Shown here: piece after piece, positions 10,735 to 22,600 of the stretch | How the letters are laid out: each line of letters opens with the position of its first letter | Numbering within the stretch: position 1 is the first letter of the stretch | Source: Guillardia theta CCMP2712 | Lineage: Eukaryota > Protista > Cryptophyta | Assembly (NCBI RefSeq): GCF_000315625.1 | Contig: NW_005434568.1 | Coordinates: forward strand, 144,582-208,581 | DNA length: 64,000 nucleotides | Reading direction: 5' to 3' | Translations under genes and position numbers: made by a program | The notes under the pieces: generated by a model | Seen by the model: the letters and a program-made list of their open reading frames with translations, nothing else | The model's database searches: none | What the model was told of the DNA's origin: nothing

Positions 10735-12497
10735 CACAATGTTTTCCAGACTCTCGTATGCTTGTCACCAACATGGCGCTAGTTGTTCCTGTATGGGAAG
10801 CTGTCAAACTCTCTGCAGCATTTCTGTCGCGAGCTCCGCCATCAGTACAAGACTCGAGTTCGACGGCAGATCCACGCAATCGAAGGGAGATGTTGTTGCA
10901 CAAGGATAGAGAATTGTGGGAGGCAGCTGAACGAGCTGAGATTCAGAAGATGGAAGAAAGGCGAGTTTGGGAAGTGGTCCCGAGGTCTGATGAAACACGA
11001 GGCAACATACTTGCGAGAGCGATGTGGGTTTATTCCTCAAAGAAAGATTTACATGGCAACATTCTGAAGAGAAAAGCAAGGTTGGTTGTGATGGGCAATC
11101 TTTTACCCACGTCCGAGGAGTTGTTTGCGCCGACGACGTCGATGGATAACATTCGGTTGTTACTCAGCATAGCGGCAGGAAATGGATGGATTATCGCCTA
11201 CCGAGATATCGCGGCAGCGTTCCTATACAGTGAATTGAACGAACCGATGTTCATGATACCGCCTGACATCATGGCTTTGCCTCCGAATGTTTTGCTCAAA
11301 GTAACCAAAGCGATATATGGGACGCGAACGGCTCCGCGACGATGGTGGGAAAAGCTGTCTCGAGAATTCCTGCGTCTGGGCGCGGAACCTGTTGGCCATG
11401 ATGAAATCATTTACAGATATGAACACAACGGCTCAAGAATTCTCATCACGACATGGGTGGATGATCTTCTTCTGGTATGTGAGAATCAAGAAGTCTGTAA
11501 TTATTTTTTGGACTGCTTGAGCAAGGTATTCGACTTTTCTGGAAGTGAAGCTACAGGTACATTCCTGGGTATTCGTGTTCACCAAGATTTGACGAAAGGA
11601 ACTATTACCTTGAGTCAGAAGCATTTTATTGAACAGCTGGTTGAGAAATTTGGAATAGCTCTTCGTTCAGTGTTTACTATCTTGCCTGGAGTGTACATGC
11701 GGAGTTATCATCTAGAGGGAGAATTGTTGGATAAGTTCTCGGTGAGACAATATCAGGCTCTTCTTGGAACAATCTTGTACGTTGCTAATGGGACAAGAGC
11801 TGACATTTCCTTCGCGGTCAGTCTCTTAAGCAGATTTGCACGGGCACCCAGAGTGCGTGACTGGGATGCATTGGTTCACTTGGCGAGGTATCTGTACACG
11901 ACGAGAGATATTTGTATTGTTTACCATCAGAGAGGTGTATCTGTTAATCAGGAGGTGTTTCACAATGAACTCGTAGCTGCGAGTGATAGTGACTGGGGGA
12001 CGGATGTCTTGACGCGACGAAGTCAGTCCGGATGGGCTATCGTAATGAACGGAGGAGTTATTTCATATGGTTCGAAAGCGCAGAAAGTCATATCACTTTC
12101 ATCGTCAGAGGCAGAAATCTATGCGACATCGGTAGTCGCCAAGCATATCAAGATGTATCGAAGCTTACTTCAACAGTTAGGGTTTTGTCAGCAACGTCCG
12201 ACGAGGCTCCTGCTGGATAATGAGCCGTGTATTCGTTTGTTGACCGAGAAACGAGCATATTCTAGACTGAAGCACATCGACTTACGTGCTAAGTTTGCTG
12301 TTCTCATGGTGGATGAGGGAGAATTACTTCCTGTGAAAGTTCCTACTAAGTTTCAGCCTGCGGACCTGTTCACGAAAATTCTGCCGTTTACGAGGTGGAA
12401 AGCAATTGGTTCGTTTCTATTTGGAGAAGATTTCAACGCTCAAGGGGTATGCTGCAGTGATGACTCTCATCCTAATGAGAACGATGGCATTCTGTGA
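10731..12497 (+). CDS. Copia reverse transcriptase and RNase H (frame -1 relative to the upstream ORF)
   Basis: KARLVVMG, FAPT, DIAAAFLY, KAIYG...APRRW, WVDDLL; RNase H SDSDWG, SSSEAE, DN, KHID, ADLFTK. Confidence 0.97.
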   Translation: MTQCFPDSRMLVTNMALVVPVWEAVKLSAAFLSRAPPSVQDSSSTADPRNRREMLLHKDRELWEAAERAEIQKMEERRVWEVVPRSDETRGNILARAMWVYSSKKDLHGNILKRKARLVVMGNLLPTSEELFAPTTSMDNIRLLLSIAAGNGWIIAYRDIAAAFLYSELNEPMFMIPPDIMALPPNVLLKVTKAIYGTRTAPRRWWEKLSREFLRLGAEPVGHDEIIYRYEHNGSRILITTWVDDLLLVCENQEVCNYFLDCLSKVFDFSGSEATGTFLGIRVHQDLTKGTITLSQKHFIEQLVEKFGIALRSVFTILPGVYMRSYHLEGELLDKFSVRQYQALLGTILYVANGTRADISFAVSLLSRFARAPRVRDWDALVHLARYLYTTRDICIVYHQRGVSVNQEVFHNELVAASDSDWGTDVLTRRSQSGWAIVMNGGVISYGSKAQKVISLSSSEAEIYATSVVAKHIKMYRSLLQQLGFCQQRPTRLLLDNEPCIRLLTEKRAYSRLKHIDLRAKFAVLMVDEGELLPVKVPTKFQPADLFTKILPFTRWKAIGSFLFGEDFNAQGVCCSDDSHPNENDGIL

Positions 12498-14394
12498 GCA
12501 TCTTGACATGTAGTACGCGAAGGGTGGAGTTCATGCTGGTTGAGTGGAGTGAAGTCAGCCATGGGAGGCGCAGTTGCAGGACATGGGGGGAAAGATTTTC
12601 TACAGAATCAACGCAGTATGATTTCTGTCGCAACTGTGTGCTGACTGTAGTTGTAGAGACTGCCTGGAGACAGCGCTTTGGGAGCAACTTTGAACTTCAG
12701 TGGGATTCATCCCAGCTTGAATACAATGGGGTTCATCGTACAGCTGGTATCAACGAGCAATCGCCTGCACCAATCTCTGATTCAGGGAGGGAGAACCTTG
12801 GAAGGAAGGTTTGATATTGAGAAGTAGAATCAGATGATTGGCATGGCGTGGTATCAAGCTTCTTCTCCCGAAGACTGTTCAAGGAACTCTAGGTCAAGTC
12901 AAGCAGGTTAGGATGTGAAGCCTCCCATCATGATCGCAAGATACAAGACCTAGAATTGAAATTGATGAAAAATCGGCCGTTGAGAAATTGAGAAATCGAA
13001 AATGAAGAGATGATTGATGGGAAAGGCAAATGAAAGAAGATCATATGGTCAATATGAGAATTGAAATGAACATGCATGCAAATGAAATCTCAAGAGCTCT
13101 CAGGTGATATGGCGCCAAATCAATCTTTCAGCGGTTAGATAGCGATTTGTTAGAAGGGCCCGTAGAGCAGGATAGTTAGGACAAACACATTGGTCATGAA
13201 TGGTGGACATCATTGGGTGGAAAATTTGGATTGAGAAAGTCAGATGGGTGACAATTGAAATCGATGGGATTTGAAGCACAATGATGGGATGGAAGACTAG
13301 ATGATCAGAAAGGTGTCTGGGGAGCCTGACTGATCAGAGGGGAAGCCTGACGAACAAGTGCAGTGCGGCACAGTCGAGTTCAGGTGGTGGAGGAGTGTTG
13401 ATGGTACTGACGAGGTTTCTATGAAGGAGAGTGTGTAGGTAAAAGATGGATGGAGAAGGATCTGGGAGCCTGAGCAAGAAGCAGCTTGGAGCATGGAGGA
13501 GGAGATTGCGATTCGGGAGGATGCAGGGTGCAGCTAGCATGGAGGATGCAGGAAGCTTGATGGAGGAGATTGGGATCCAGGAAAGAGCAGGCAGCTTGGA
13601 GGAGGAGAGCGCGGTGGTGCAGCTTGGAGGAGGAGCAGGGAGATGTTTAAAAAGGGGGTTCCCGGAGGATGAAGGATGAGGNNNNNNNNNNNNNNNNNNN
13701 NNNNNNNNNNNNNNNNNNNNNNNNNNNNNNNNNNNNNNNNNNNNNNNNNNNNNNNNNNNNNNNNNNNNNNNNNNNNNNNNNNNNNNNNNNNNNNNNNNNN
13801 NNNNNNNNNNNNNNNNNNNNNNNNNNNNNNNNNNNNNNNNNNNNNNNNNNNNNNNNNNNNNNNNNNNNNNNNNNNNNNNNNNNNNNNNNNNNNCCACTGC
13901 GCGCTGTGCAATGTACTGGGTTGCAAGGGACTGAAGGGAAGGTGACTGCTGTGAATAAAGGAAGTGTTGGTGGTGTTGTGTGGTTCTTCTGAGAGTTCTA
14001 TCACCATCAGTGAAGGTGTTAGAGACTGCACAGCTGTGTATCGTTGAGGTGAATAAGGTTGGTGTAAGGATCTCAGGTGTACTGAGAATTAGTCTTTGGT
14101 GGATCTTGGGTTAAATAGATTCTGGCCAGTGAGGTGGAGGTTGATTCGATTAGTGACCGCGCATCCGGGCCATGATGAAAACTGCTGAGTGGAAGAAAGT
14201 TCCGACGAGGCTCACTGAGTCGAACTTTCGGAAAGTAGCCCGCCGGTACGTACTCACCGGCCGGGCGGTGCCTGAGGCAGACTGGCTGTGCTATCAGTCA
14301 AACTTGAAAGGTTCCCCTGCCGTCCCTCGCTTGCTTTGGGCCCCCGTGAGACACAGCAGACATCATAAGGCGCCGCTGAGAGGGCACGGCTGCC

Positions 14395-15387
14395 ATGCTG
14401 CTGCTGCGACGGTTGAGACGAGTGCCGCCATGGGTCGTGATGCTTCTCCTTGGCCTCTTCGCCATGCTGCTGCTTCAGCCCTTGGTGCTGAAGAACGACT
14501 CCAGGCTCCTCCCCGCTCCTCCTTCCAGGACCGATGTTCCTCTCGCTCCTCAGAGACGTCATGACGCCACGTGGGCGCGGCAGGCAAGACAAGCCGCAGG
14601 CAGAGGAATCGAGGGAGCAGGTGAGGAAAGGCGAGAGGGAGAGGAACTAACTGTTCTCGGTCGAGCAGGAGGCGAATGCTCGAGAGTCATCGCCCACCGG
14701 TTCAGAGCCATTCAGACCTCGTCCTACCCTACGATGGTGTCCTACGAGCGTCTTAGAAACATCCTGCTCCTCTGGTCCTCGGTCATCAGCCTTGGGATAC
14801 CAGGGGACTGGATAGAGACAGGGACGTGGAAGGGAGGATGCAGCATGCTGGCAGCAGACATCCTTCGCTTCGCCCTGCGCCAGCCTCAGTGTCCTCAGGT
14901 CAGGGCCAGGACGATCTGGCTCGCCGATACCTTCGAGGGGCTCCCTCCTCCTCGCAAGGAAGACAAAGGCAAAGACAGCGGGGGGCGCGTCATGGACCCG
15001 CCGGGGAGCTACGGAGGGTACGGGGGGGTCGAGACGGTGAAGAGCAAGTTTCGGGAGAGAGGATACAGGATCAAGGAGGACGGCCAAGTTGCCTCCAGCC
15101 AGGGGTTTTCCATCCGATTTCTCGTCGGGCGGTTCAAGGACACGCTGCCGGGTGCCAACATCTCCAGCATCGCCGTGCTGCGGCTAGATGGCGACATGTA
15201 CAGCTCGACCATGGACGCGCTGACGACGCTGTACCCCAAGGTAGTCAAGAAGGGGTACGTGATCATCGATGACTACGGTCACTGGATTCAGTGCAAACGG
15301 GCTATCGACGAATACTTCATCTCTAACAACCTGACTTACCCCCTGCATACCATCGACTACACTGGAAGATGGTTCTTGAAGGCGTAA
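14395..15387 (+). CDS. TylF/MycF/NovP-family O-methyltransferase with an N-terminal membrane anchor
   Basis: PGDWIETGTWKGG, ADTFEGLP, GRFKDTLP, LRLDGDMYSST, IIDDYG; probable in-frame intron 14621-14668 (GTGAG..CTAAC..CAG). Confidence 0.92.
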   Translation: MLLLRRLRRVPPWVVMLLLGLFAMLLLQPLVLKNDSRLLPAPPSRTDVPLAPQRRHDATWARQARQAAGRGIEGAGEERREGEELTVLGRAGGECSRVIAHRFRAIQTSSYPTMVSYERLRNILLLWSSVISLGIPGDWIETGTWKGGCSMLAADILRFALRQPQCPQVRARTIWLADTFEGLPPPRKEDKGKDSGGRVMDPPGSYGGYGGVETVKSKFRERGYRIKEDGQVASSQGFSIRFLVGRFKDTLPGANISSIAVLRLDGDMYSSTMDALTTLYPKVVKKGYVIIDDYGHWIQCKRAIDEYFISNNLTYPLHTIDYTGRWFLKA

Positions 15388-15867
15388 AGCGTGTTCGTTG
15401 CTGTTAGATGGACCGGTGAGAGGGACGGGGAGTAGGAGAGAAGTAGAGGAGAGAGGAGAGAGGAGAGAGGAGAGAGGAGAGAGGAGAGGATGAGCCGGGA
15501 GAGGAAGGAGGTAGATAGAGGAAGGAATACATGCAAGTACTTGCTTCCTCCGTTACTGTCATCGTGAATGGAACCATTCAGTGCTACCCTTGTTCCTGTC
15601 AAAAACCTGTCATCCTGTTCTGCTGTGTTGCTCACAGTGCCAGACAGTGCCCTGGTGTACTAAAAATCTCAAGGCAGCATATGAGAGGTTGTGACGCGAA
15701 GGTCACGAAGTCTGTTCGCAAAAATGTGATTGTTCATTCAATGTGTTACATAAAGTGGAGAGACGTTGTGACTTGAATCGTGACAGAGGAAAGAGGAGGA
15801 GGCCCAGGATCAGGAGGAGGAGAACTGAGGAGGAGGAGGAGGAAAAGTGCACGCTGGTTCGTCCAGC

Positions 15868-17184
15868 TCACATCAGAAAGCCGCGGTACGCGTAGCTGTC
15901 GGCATGATCGAAGCTGAAACCTACCATGATGCCCCCAAGGAACATTGCGGGGACAGCGACCATGGACTTGACGGAGAGAAGGGCGACGCCGGAGAGGCCA
16001 TGGCCGCTAGTGCAGCCGGAGGCGATCCTGCTGCCGAAGATGGCGAGGAAGCCGCCGAAGAAAGCCTGCACGGGGGTGACCCCAGCTGGCTTTCCGAAGG
16101 TGCCCGAGGCCTTGGAGGAGATAAGTGCGCCGATGATTGCGAAGGTAAGGTAGACAGGCTGCCAGACGTTGCCGAGGCCAGTCCTGAAGCCGCTCCAGTG
16201 AAGGAATCGCTCACGCAGAGACTTAGAGACGAGGGCCTGGGAGGTGCAGGTCATGTAGGCGGAGCTACTTCCCAGGGTGTCGTTGAGGAAGAGGACAGCA
16301 AGGATCTGGTTCAGGCCGATGAAGACGCCCATCATCTCCGGCGGGAGAGCGCTCTCCCATGCCTCCGTCCAGGGCGGCAGCTCGGACTTGCTGGCCCAGG
16401 GGAAGACAATCTCGAGGACGATCACGACGACAGCGACCATGACGAAGACAGCGAGCGCCAGCTGCGTGTAGCTGAAGCGCCGGAGCGCCGAGAACTCCTC
16501 GAGGCGGAGGGTCTTGATCTGAGCGACGGAGAAGAGAGGAACGAACCATGGCTGCACCATGCCGTAGCACATGGCGGCACTCAGACCCCCCAGGAGGGTC
16601 ACCCACGCGTTGGGCACGCCGGACCCGATTTGCACGAGGACCATGCCAGGGCACGAGCCAGCCAGCGCCATGCCGCATCCAAGGATGAAGGCTCCCAGAG
16701 CAGTGGCGGCGAGCCCCTTGCCCACCACACAGCCCATGAACTCCGTCCTGGCTGACTGGAGCTGGTCGGGAGTAACGCGGGAGAGGATGGCCAGGAAGAG
16801 AGCAGACGCTCCCGAAGCGCCCAGGAACATTTTGAGCATGATGAACCTTCGAAAGATGAACTGCTCTCGGATCACTATGGGAAGAGTCACTTTCCCCAGC
16901 TCCATCGCAATGCCGAAGATCAGCCCCATGATGGCCGAAGCTATCATCGCGTTCGTCCACTTCCAACTGGACGGCTCTTTCACAGACATCTCGTGCTGCG
17001 AGCCTGCCTCCAGGTCCTTGTTGGTTGGGTCGCTGGTCGTAACGACCGCAACAAACGAGTCTGGTTTCGGGTTGAAGTACTGTTGCTGATTGTTGGATTC
17101 CAGAAGGTCCGAGGACGAGGCATTGGAGCCTGGGGAGGAGATATGCGAAAGTCTGGAGAGGGGGTGCAAGGGGCTGGTCGACAT
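15868..17184 (-). CDS. YeeE/YedE-family sulfur (thiosulfate-type) transport membrane protein
   Basis: Many transmembrane segments, GMALAGSCPG and FGSRIASGCTSGHGLSG motifs; intronless ORF. Confidence 0.92.
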   Translation of the reverse strand: MSTSPLHPLSRLSHISSPGSNASSSDLLESNNQQQYFNPKPDSFVAVVTTSDPTNKDLEAGSQHEMSVKEPSSWKWTNAMIASAIMGLIFGIAMELGKVTLPIVIREQFIFRRFIMLKMFLGASGASALFLAILSRVTPDQLQSARTEFMGCVVGKGLAATALGAFILGCGMALAGSCPGMVLVQIGSGVPNAWVTLLGGLSAAMCYGMVQPWFVPLFSVAQIKTLRLEEFSALRRFSYTQLALAVFVMVAVVVIVLEIVFPWASKSELPPWTEAWESALPPEMMGVFIGLNQILAVLFLNDTLGSSSAYMTCTSQALVSKSLRERFLHWSGFRTGLGNVWQPVYLTFAIIGALISSKASGTFGKPAGVTPVQAFFGGFLAIFGSRIASGCTSGHGLSGVALLSVKSMVAVPAMFLGGIMVGFSFDHADSYAYRGFLM

Positions 17185-18049
17185 GCTTTGTTGGAGCAAA
17201 GGCTCGGATCAGATCTGAGATGCGGTCTGGAGGAGATTCGGAGCAGGAGCAGGATGCGGATGAGGAGGATCAAGACCAGGAACAGAAGGAGGAGGAGGAG
17301 GAGGAGGAGGAGGAGGAGGAGGAGGAGGTAGCTCCTTTATACAGTGGTGCAAGGGTATCTAGGGTGGATGGGTTAAGGAGTAGGGTGGGGTAATATTAAT
17401 ACCGGTTGTATAACAGTGAAATTGGGGGGTGAAATGTGGAACACAAGGTCCATGGACGGTGGACGTTTCAAGGTACCGTGGGGTAGTATCAATCCATGAT
17501 CACAGTGTCACCTACCCAATGATACTGGTACCCTACCATGGCATGAAGTACCCCACAATATTTACTTTAAAGGACCGGTATTTTGATACCTAGATATCAC
17601 CACCACCCTGCATGCTTGAGTCTTACGTCTACAAAAAAAAAAGTCCTCCGTTCTCGGAATTCTCGTTGGTATTTCAAGGGTGGGGGTAGTAAATGAAACT
17701 CAAGAAGTGGGTGGGGGGTGAATTCTTGGATCAAAAAGGTGGGTATTTGTTGGAGAAGAAGGGGGTTAAATTGTGCATAAATTGTACGTGATTGCGGTAA
17801 CCAGGGGTGTGCTGGATATTTGAGGGGTAGGGGGTGGTTATGCTCCATGGTTTTTGCTGGCCAAATAATAAACCCCCCGCAGAACGCTCAAAAGATAGGG
17901 TGGTGAGGGATGACTGAACAAGCTCACCTCAGATAAATGAAAGAGATACTGAAAAGACAGCAACTTCAGCTTAGAAAGATCATATAGGGACATAATGCAG
18001 TGTTGTTGTCAACACTTGTAGTCGGAGCCCTGCCGCAGCTCGATGACAA

Positions 18050-18930
18050 TCCGTGACCTCAGAAAATTCATTCCCCGCAGTCATGCGCCGGTCACGCTCC
18101 GACGCCACTCTGACCGCCGGCGGCCGGGCCGCGGCCCCAGCCCCCCGGCAGTCACGCCGCCCGGCCGCCGGCCGCGGCGGCCGCGGCGCGGCCACTGCCG
18201 TGACGGGCCGACCGCTCGGCCGGCGTCGGACTCCGAGAGTCGGTGGCACCCGGACCGCCCGGCGCGCCGGCGAGTCCGACCGGCCCTCACTGGCAGGCTG
18301 GCCTGGCCCGGACTGGCGCCCCCGACCGGCCGGCCCCGCCGCCGGACGTGACTCCGCCGGGACGGTACTCTCCCGGAGGCCGGGCTTTACTATCACTGAC
18401 TAGTACGAGTCACTGCCGCGGCCAGGCTGCCGCGGCCTGTACTGAGTGCCGGGCCCGGCCCGATCGGGCCGAGCCTGATGATCGGACCGTGCCACTGGCC
18501 CAGTACCGTCCGGTTGCCGGGCGGTGGCGGGCCAGGCTCAGCCGCCGCGGGTCCGGCGCCGCGGCCCCCCACTGCCGCGCCACGCCGCGCCGCTGCCCGG
18601 GCCCCGCCGGGGCGCGGCCGGCGGCGGCCCGGACCGGACCGACGGCGTTCCGCCGGGGAGTCCGACGACCGGAGTCCGGGCCGGGCCGGCACGGTCCGAC
18701 GGTCCGACCGTGCGACTCCCGTCCCGGACTACCGTCCGGCCGGGCGCGGCCGCGGAGTCAGCGGCCGCGGCGGCTCGGCTGAGCGGCGGCCCCGGGCGTG
18801 ACCAACCCGGGCCGCCGGGCCGGGGCAGGCCCGGCCGCCCGCACGGCGCCGGGTGGCACCAGTCCCGCCGGGCCGAGCACTGCGGGCCCGGTGCCAGTGT
18901 GCGCCGCCGCATGATCTGATCACTCCGGCG
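18050..18930. other. Very GC-rich non-coding block made of short palindromic words
   Basis: Dense CCGG, GGCC, CGCG, GAGTC/GACTC, CGGWCCG and GTAC; only low-complexity ORFs. Confidence 0.8.
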
Positions 18931-19671
18931 ATTCGGTTGAATATGATTCCCCAGAAAGTTTTTGTGACCGGAATTGTAACTATGGGAAGAGACTACCCTA
19001 CCCCCATTGATGAATTTTCTCAGGGGGGCTCGATACCCCTACCTACAATTGTTGACTCGTTGTATCCCTTATTTCATCCCTTCACTACCCCTACTACCAA
19101 AACCCCTACCCCTGGTATTCAAAGCCCCCCGGCTACCCACCCCATCGAGCTCCAGGCACTATAGTACTGTAAAGACAAACAGAGTTGAACATCTGAAATC
19201 AAGAAATAATTCAATACACATTACAATAAATTTGAATAATTGGAAGGCGATTTCAAAGGATAACTGGAATCTTCTCTTTGTTGCAAATTTTTGGTCCGTT
19301 GGGCGAGTGGTGGGGTTGCAGAGGTAACGATGACGGTGGGTACTACTTTCACGGGGGGTGGGGGTTATATTTTAAGGGGTGGAAGGTGGTGGCCTATATG
19401 TTGTTGCAGTACAAAGAGTGGGGTACTTATCAGTCTTAATTCGTGAAGCCAGGGGGGTACTAGCTCAGACTGGGGTGGTTTTGAAGTAAAGTGATGCTCA
19501 AGGACGGGTACAATTTCGGTCTATGACGATGGTAGGGTACTTGGGTACATTGTTGAGGAGTACAAACGATCGGGGGAATGGGGGGTGGTGTACGGATCTA
19601 CAACTGGGGGGTGGGTACAGATGAAGAGAGGGGTACGTAGATGGGGGTGGTTCAAGGGGGCGGGGAGTGAA

Positions 19672-22600
19672 ATGGAGGAATCGCCTGAGCTTGGAAGAGA
19701 GCACGAGGGAGNNNNNNNNNNNNNNNNNNNNNNNNNNNNNNNNNNNNNNNNNNNNNNNNNNNNNNNNNNNNNNNNNNNNNNNNNNNNNNNNNNNNNNNNN
19801 NNNNNNNNNNNTTGGAGTGCAGCCATCTGGGGCACAGAGTATTTCATTGTGAAGTGGACGAGACGATGGAACACCAGCAATCGAGGTAGATAGGCAGAGA
19901 ATTTGGGACTACGTAGCCGAGAAAGCAAGATGCATAATTCACATGGGGTGATCTTGAGGCAGAGAGGGCTTGTTTGGGCATTTATTTTTGCTAAAGCCGA
20001 ACGTGTGGTCGAGAGTGGATAGGTGGATGTTGTGCTTGAACAGATCAAGGTTGTACTCAGAAATGGGGTGAGGGAGAGAGAGAGAGAGAGAGAGGAGGGA
20101 GGGAGGGAGGGAGGAGGGGAGAAAGAATTCATTGGACAAGGAGATGATGATAGGGTAGGTGCAGGAATGACGGGGCAAGAGACAAGACGGCACAGGAACA
20201 CGATTGGGTCCATGGTGGTCTTAGTTGGGGAGGGGAAGGGAGGGGAGGAGGGAATGGGAATGAAAATTACTGCTGGAGAGAGAGGATTGTTGAAAGGTAG
20301 GCTAGAAATATGCCAGACATCAAGTCGAGAGAAGCGAAGGGAGCAAAAACTAAACAGAACGTTGGTCCAACTGTAGTTGAGTGGGAGGTTGAGGGGGAGG
20401 GACAAGTAGGAAACAAGCAGTGCAGGAGAGAGCTGATGCGAGGAGGGAAGAGGGCTCCAATGCTATGGCTGACAGGGGCAAAGGAAGGGAATGGAGGCAG
20501 GGTGGTGAATTCAGTAGACGAGCCTCTTCCTATGGGAAAGCGAGTAAGGTGGAAGAAAAGCTTCAGGCTGATCTGCGTTTGCTCGCAGGCGGACATGCTG
20601 CGATGACATTTGCGAGCTGCTGAAAGATAAAACGATTCGATGGCATCAGCAACTGGCTCTTACCCCTTGCTTCCTTCCCCTACTCGCCGCCTCCTCCTCC
20701 TCCTGCCGCTGCTGCTCCTTCACCAGACTGTAGGGGATGCAGCGACGATTGAGAGGCTGTCAGCGGAGAAGAGCTTCAAGAGCTCGAGCTTCGCTCACGT
20801 GGGGGCCCATGGAGATCCGCGATGGGATGGAGATACAAAGTGACATCCTCCGCTTGTCCCTTTGCTCGTCTCTACCACATACATTCGTTTTCGCTTATCT
20901 CTCCCCATCATGATAGTAGCTGTGTGTTTCCTGCTACTTCATCCTTCTTTCGCTCCTCCTCTCCCGCCTCTCTCCTTCCTCTCATCTCCATCGTAGGTTG
21001 GCAACTTCGGCAACTTCGAGCCCAGCCATTCATCATGCCTGCAGCTCGCTAAGCAACTCAGAAGACAGCGAGACTGAGGTCAGTTGCTCCTCCCCTCCCC
21101 CCCCCCCTCACCCTTTGCCAGTAGCTTATATCCCTCCTGCTTCGGTCCTCGATGACCTGTCCTCGATATTGAGGCTGATACTTGCCTGAGGTCATTCATG
21201 TCATGGAGGGAACTCAGCTCGAACTCCATTGATGGTCATAGATGGTTCCTTCAGCAGCAGGAGCAGGAGCAGGAGCAGGAGGCGAGCTCTAGCATGAGCA
21301 GGAGCTGAGCAGTTGCAGGAGCAGTGCTAGTTGAGAGGGGAGAGGACCTCCTGTCTGCACTCTGATCCAGGCTTTCTCCACTTANNNNNNNNNNNNNNNN
21401 NNNNNNNNNNNNNNNNNNNNNNNNNNNNNNNNNNNNNNNNNNNNNNNNNNNNNNNNNNNNNNNNNNNNNNNNNNNNNNNNNNNNNNNNNNNNNNNNNNNN
21501 NNNNNNNNNNNNNNNNNNNNNNNNNNNNNNNNNNNNNNNNNNNNNNNNNNNNNNNNNNNNNNNNNNNCCCTTCCTCCTCCTCCCTTCCTCCTCCTCCCTT
21601 CCTCCTCCTCCTCCTCCTCCTCCTCCCTTCCTCCTCCTCCTCCTCCTCCTCCTCCCCTTCCTCCTCCGGGTAATCATGACATACTTCTCTGCAGTTGCAA
21701 CAAATGGTGAAGAAATATGCCCTAAACTGAGGTGATCTCCCTCCCTCCCTCCCTCCCTCCCAATCCCTCCCTTCCCTCCCTCCCTTCCTTCCCTCCCTCC
21801 CTCCCTCCCTCTCTCGCGCTTCCTCCCTCCCTCCCTCCCTCCCTCACGCCTCCACACTCCATCACCATCTGGTAAAAGTACATCAGGTTGGATGCGGATC
21901 GTCCATTTTCCCCTGTCGGGGATACGGAGGAGGAGGAGAAGAGGAAGAAGCAGGAGGGAGCTCTCTTCCAGACTGCAGCGATTCAGGAGGAGGAGATCAT
22001 CCTCGGAAAGAAGGTGAGGGGTAGGAGAGCGATGAGGAAGAGGAGGAAGGAGGGGCGATGAGGAAGAGGAGGAAGGAGGAGGGAGGGAGGAGACAGGGGG
22101 AAGGAGGGAGGAGGGAGAGACTGACGAACTCGTCTCAGCTAGGAGAAGGGGAGCAGGGCTGTGTGTACCAGGGGCAGTGGAGGGGGAGGGCGGTGGTTGC
22201 CAAGGTGCTCAAGGGCTGCTCCTGCGCTTGCAAGGAGAGGGAGAGGAGCAGGAGAGATTTTCTCAATGAGATCCGCGTCCTTTCCCGCATCCACCACCCG
22301 AACTTGATCCACTTCTTGGTATACCTCCTCCCTCCCAGCCTCCTCCCACTCAACTCCTCCTTGCCTCCTTTCTTCTTACCTCCTTCTCATCCTCTTTGTT
22401 TCTCCTTCCTCCTCCTCCTCCTCCTCCTCCTCCTCCTCCTCCTCCTCCTCCTCCTCCTCCTCCTTCCTATCACTTCCCCTTCCGCGCTCTCTTCTCCTGC
22501 TCTTTCTCAATCATTCACTATCCTCCTCCCCTCTGTACCTCCTTCACAATTCCTCACTTCCTCCTCCGCAGGGGGCGAGCGCGAAGGAGGAGCCGACGCT

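Larger units (their letters stand above)
3841..12497 (+). mobile_element. Ty1/Copia LTR retrotransposon internal region (Gag-PR-IN-RT-RH), disrupted by a nested insertion and a frameshift; LTRs not found
   Basis: Copia domain order and motifs listed in the component CDS entries. Confidence 0.95.

Noticed and set aside
10695-10735. Programmed -1 ribosomal frameshift in pol
   Set aside because: No slippery heptamer seen; a 1-nt deletion in an already disrupted copy, or a sequencing error, is simpler
12440-14150. Copia 3' LTR after a PPT-like CAAGGGG, and a PBS-like TGGTATCAAGC near 12849
   Set aside because: No matching direct repeat upstream of gag; the region includes an N gap and remains unassigned
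15847-16966. Long overlapping ORFs 15847-16755 (+) and 16265-16966 (-)
   Set aside because: Shadow frames of the GC3-rich YeeE gene
17980-18923. Arg/Pro/Gly/Ala-rich ORFs in the GC blocks (also 26.2-27.1, 33.9-34.2 and 50.5-51.1 kb)
   Set aside because: Open in several frames on both strands because stop codons are scarce; no domain features
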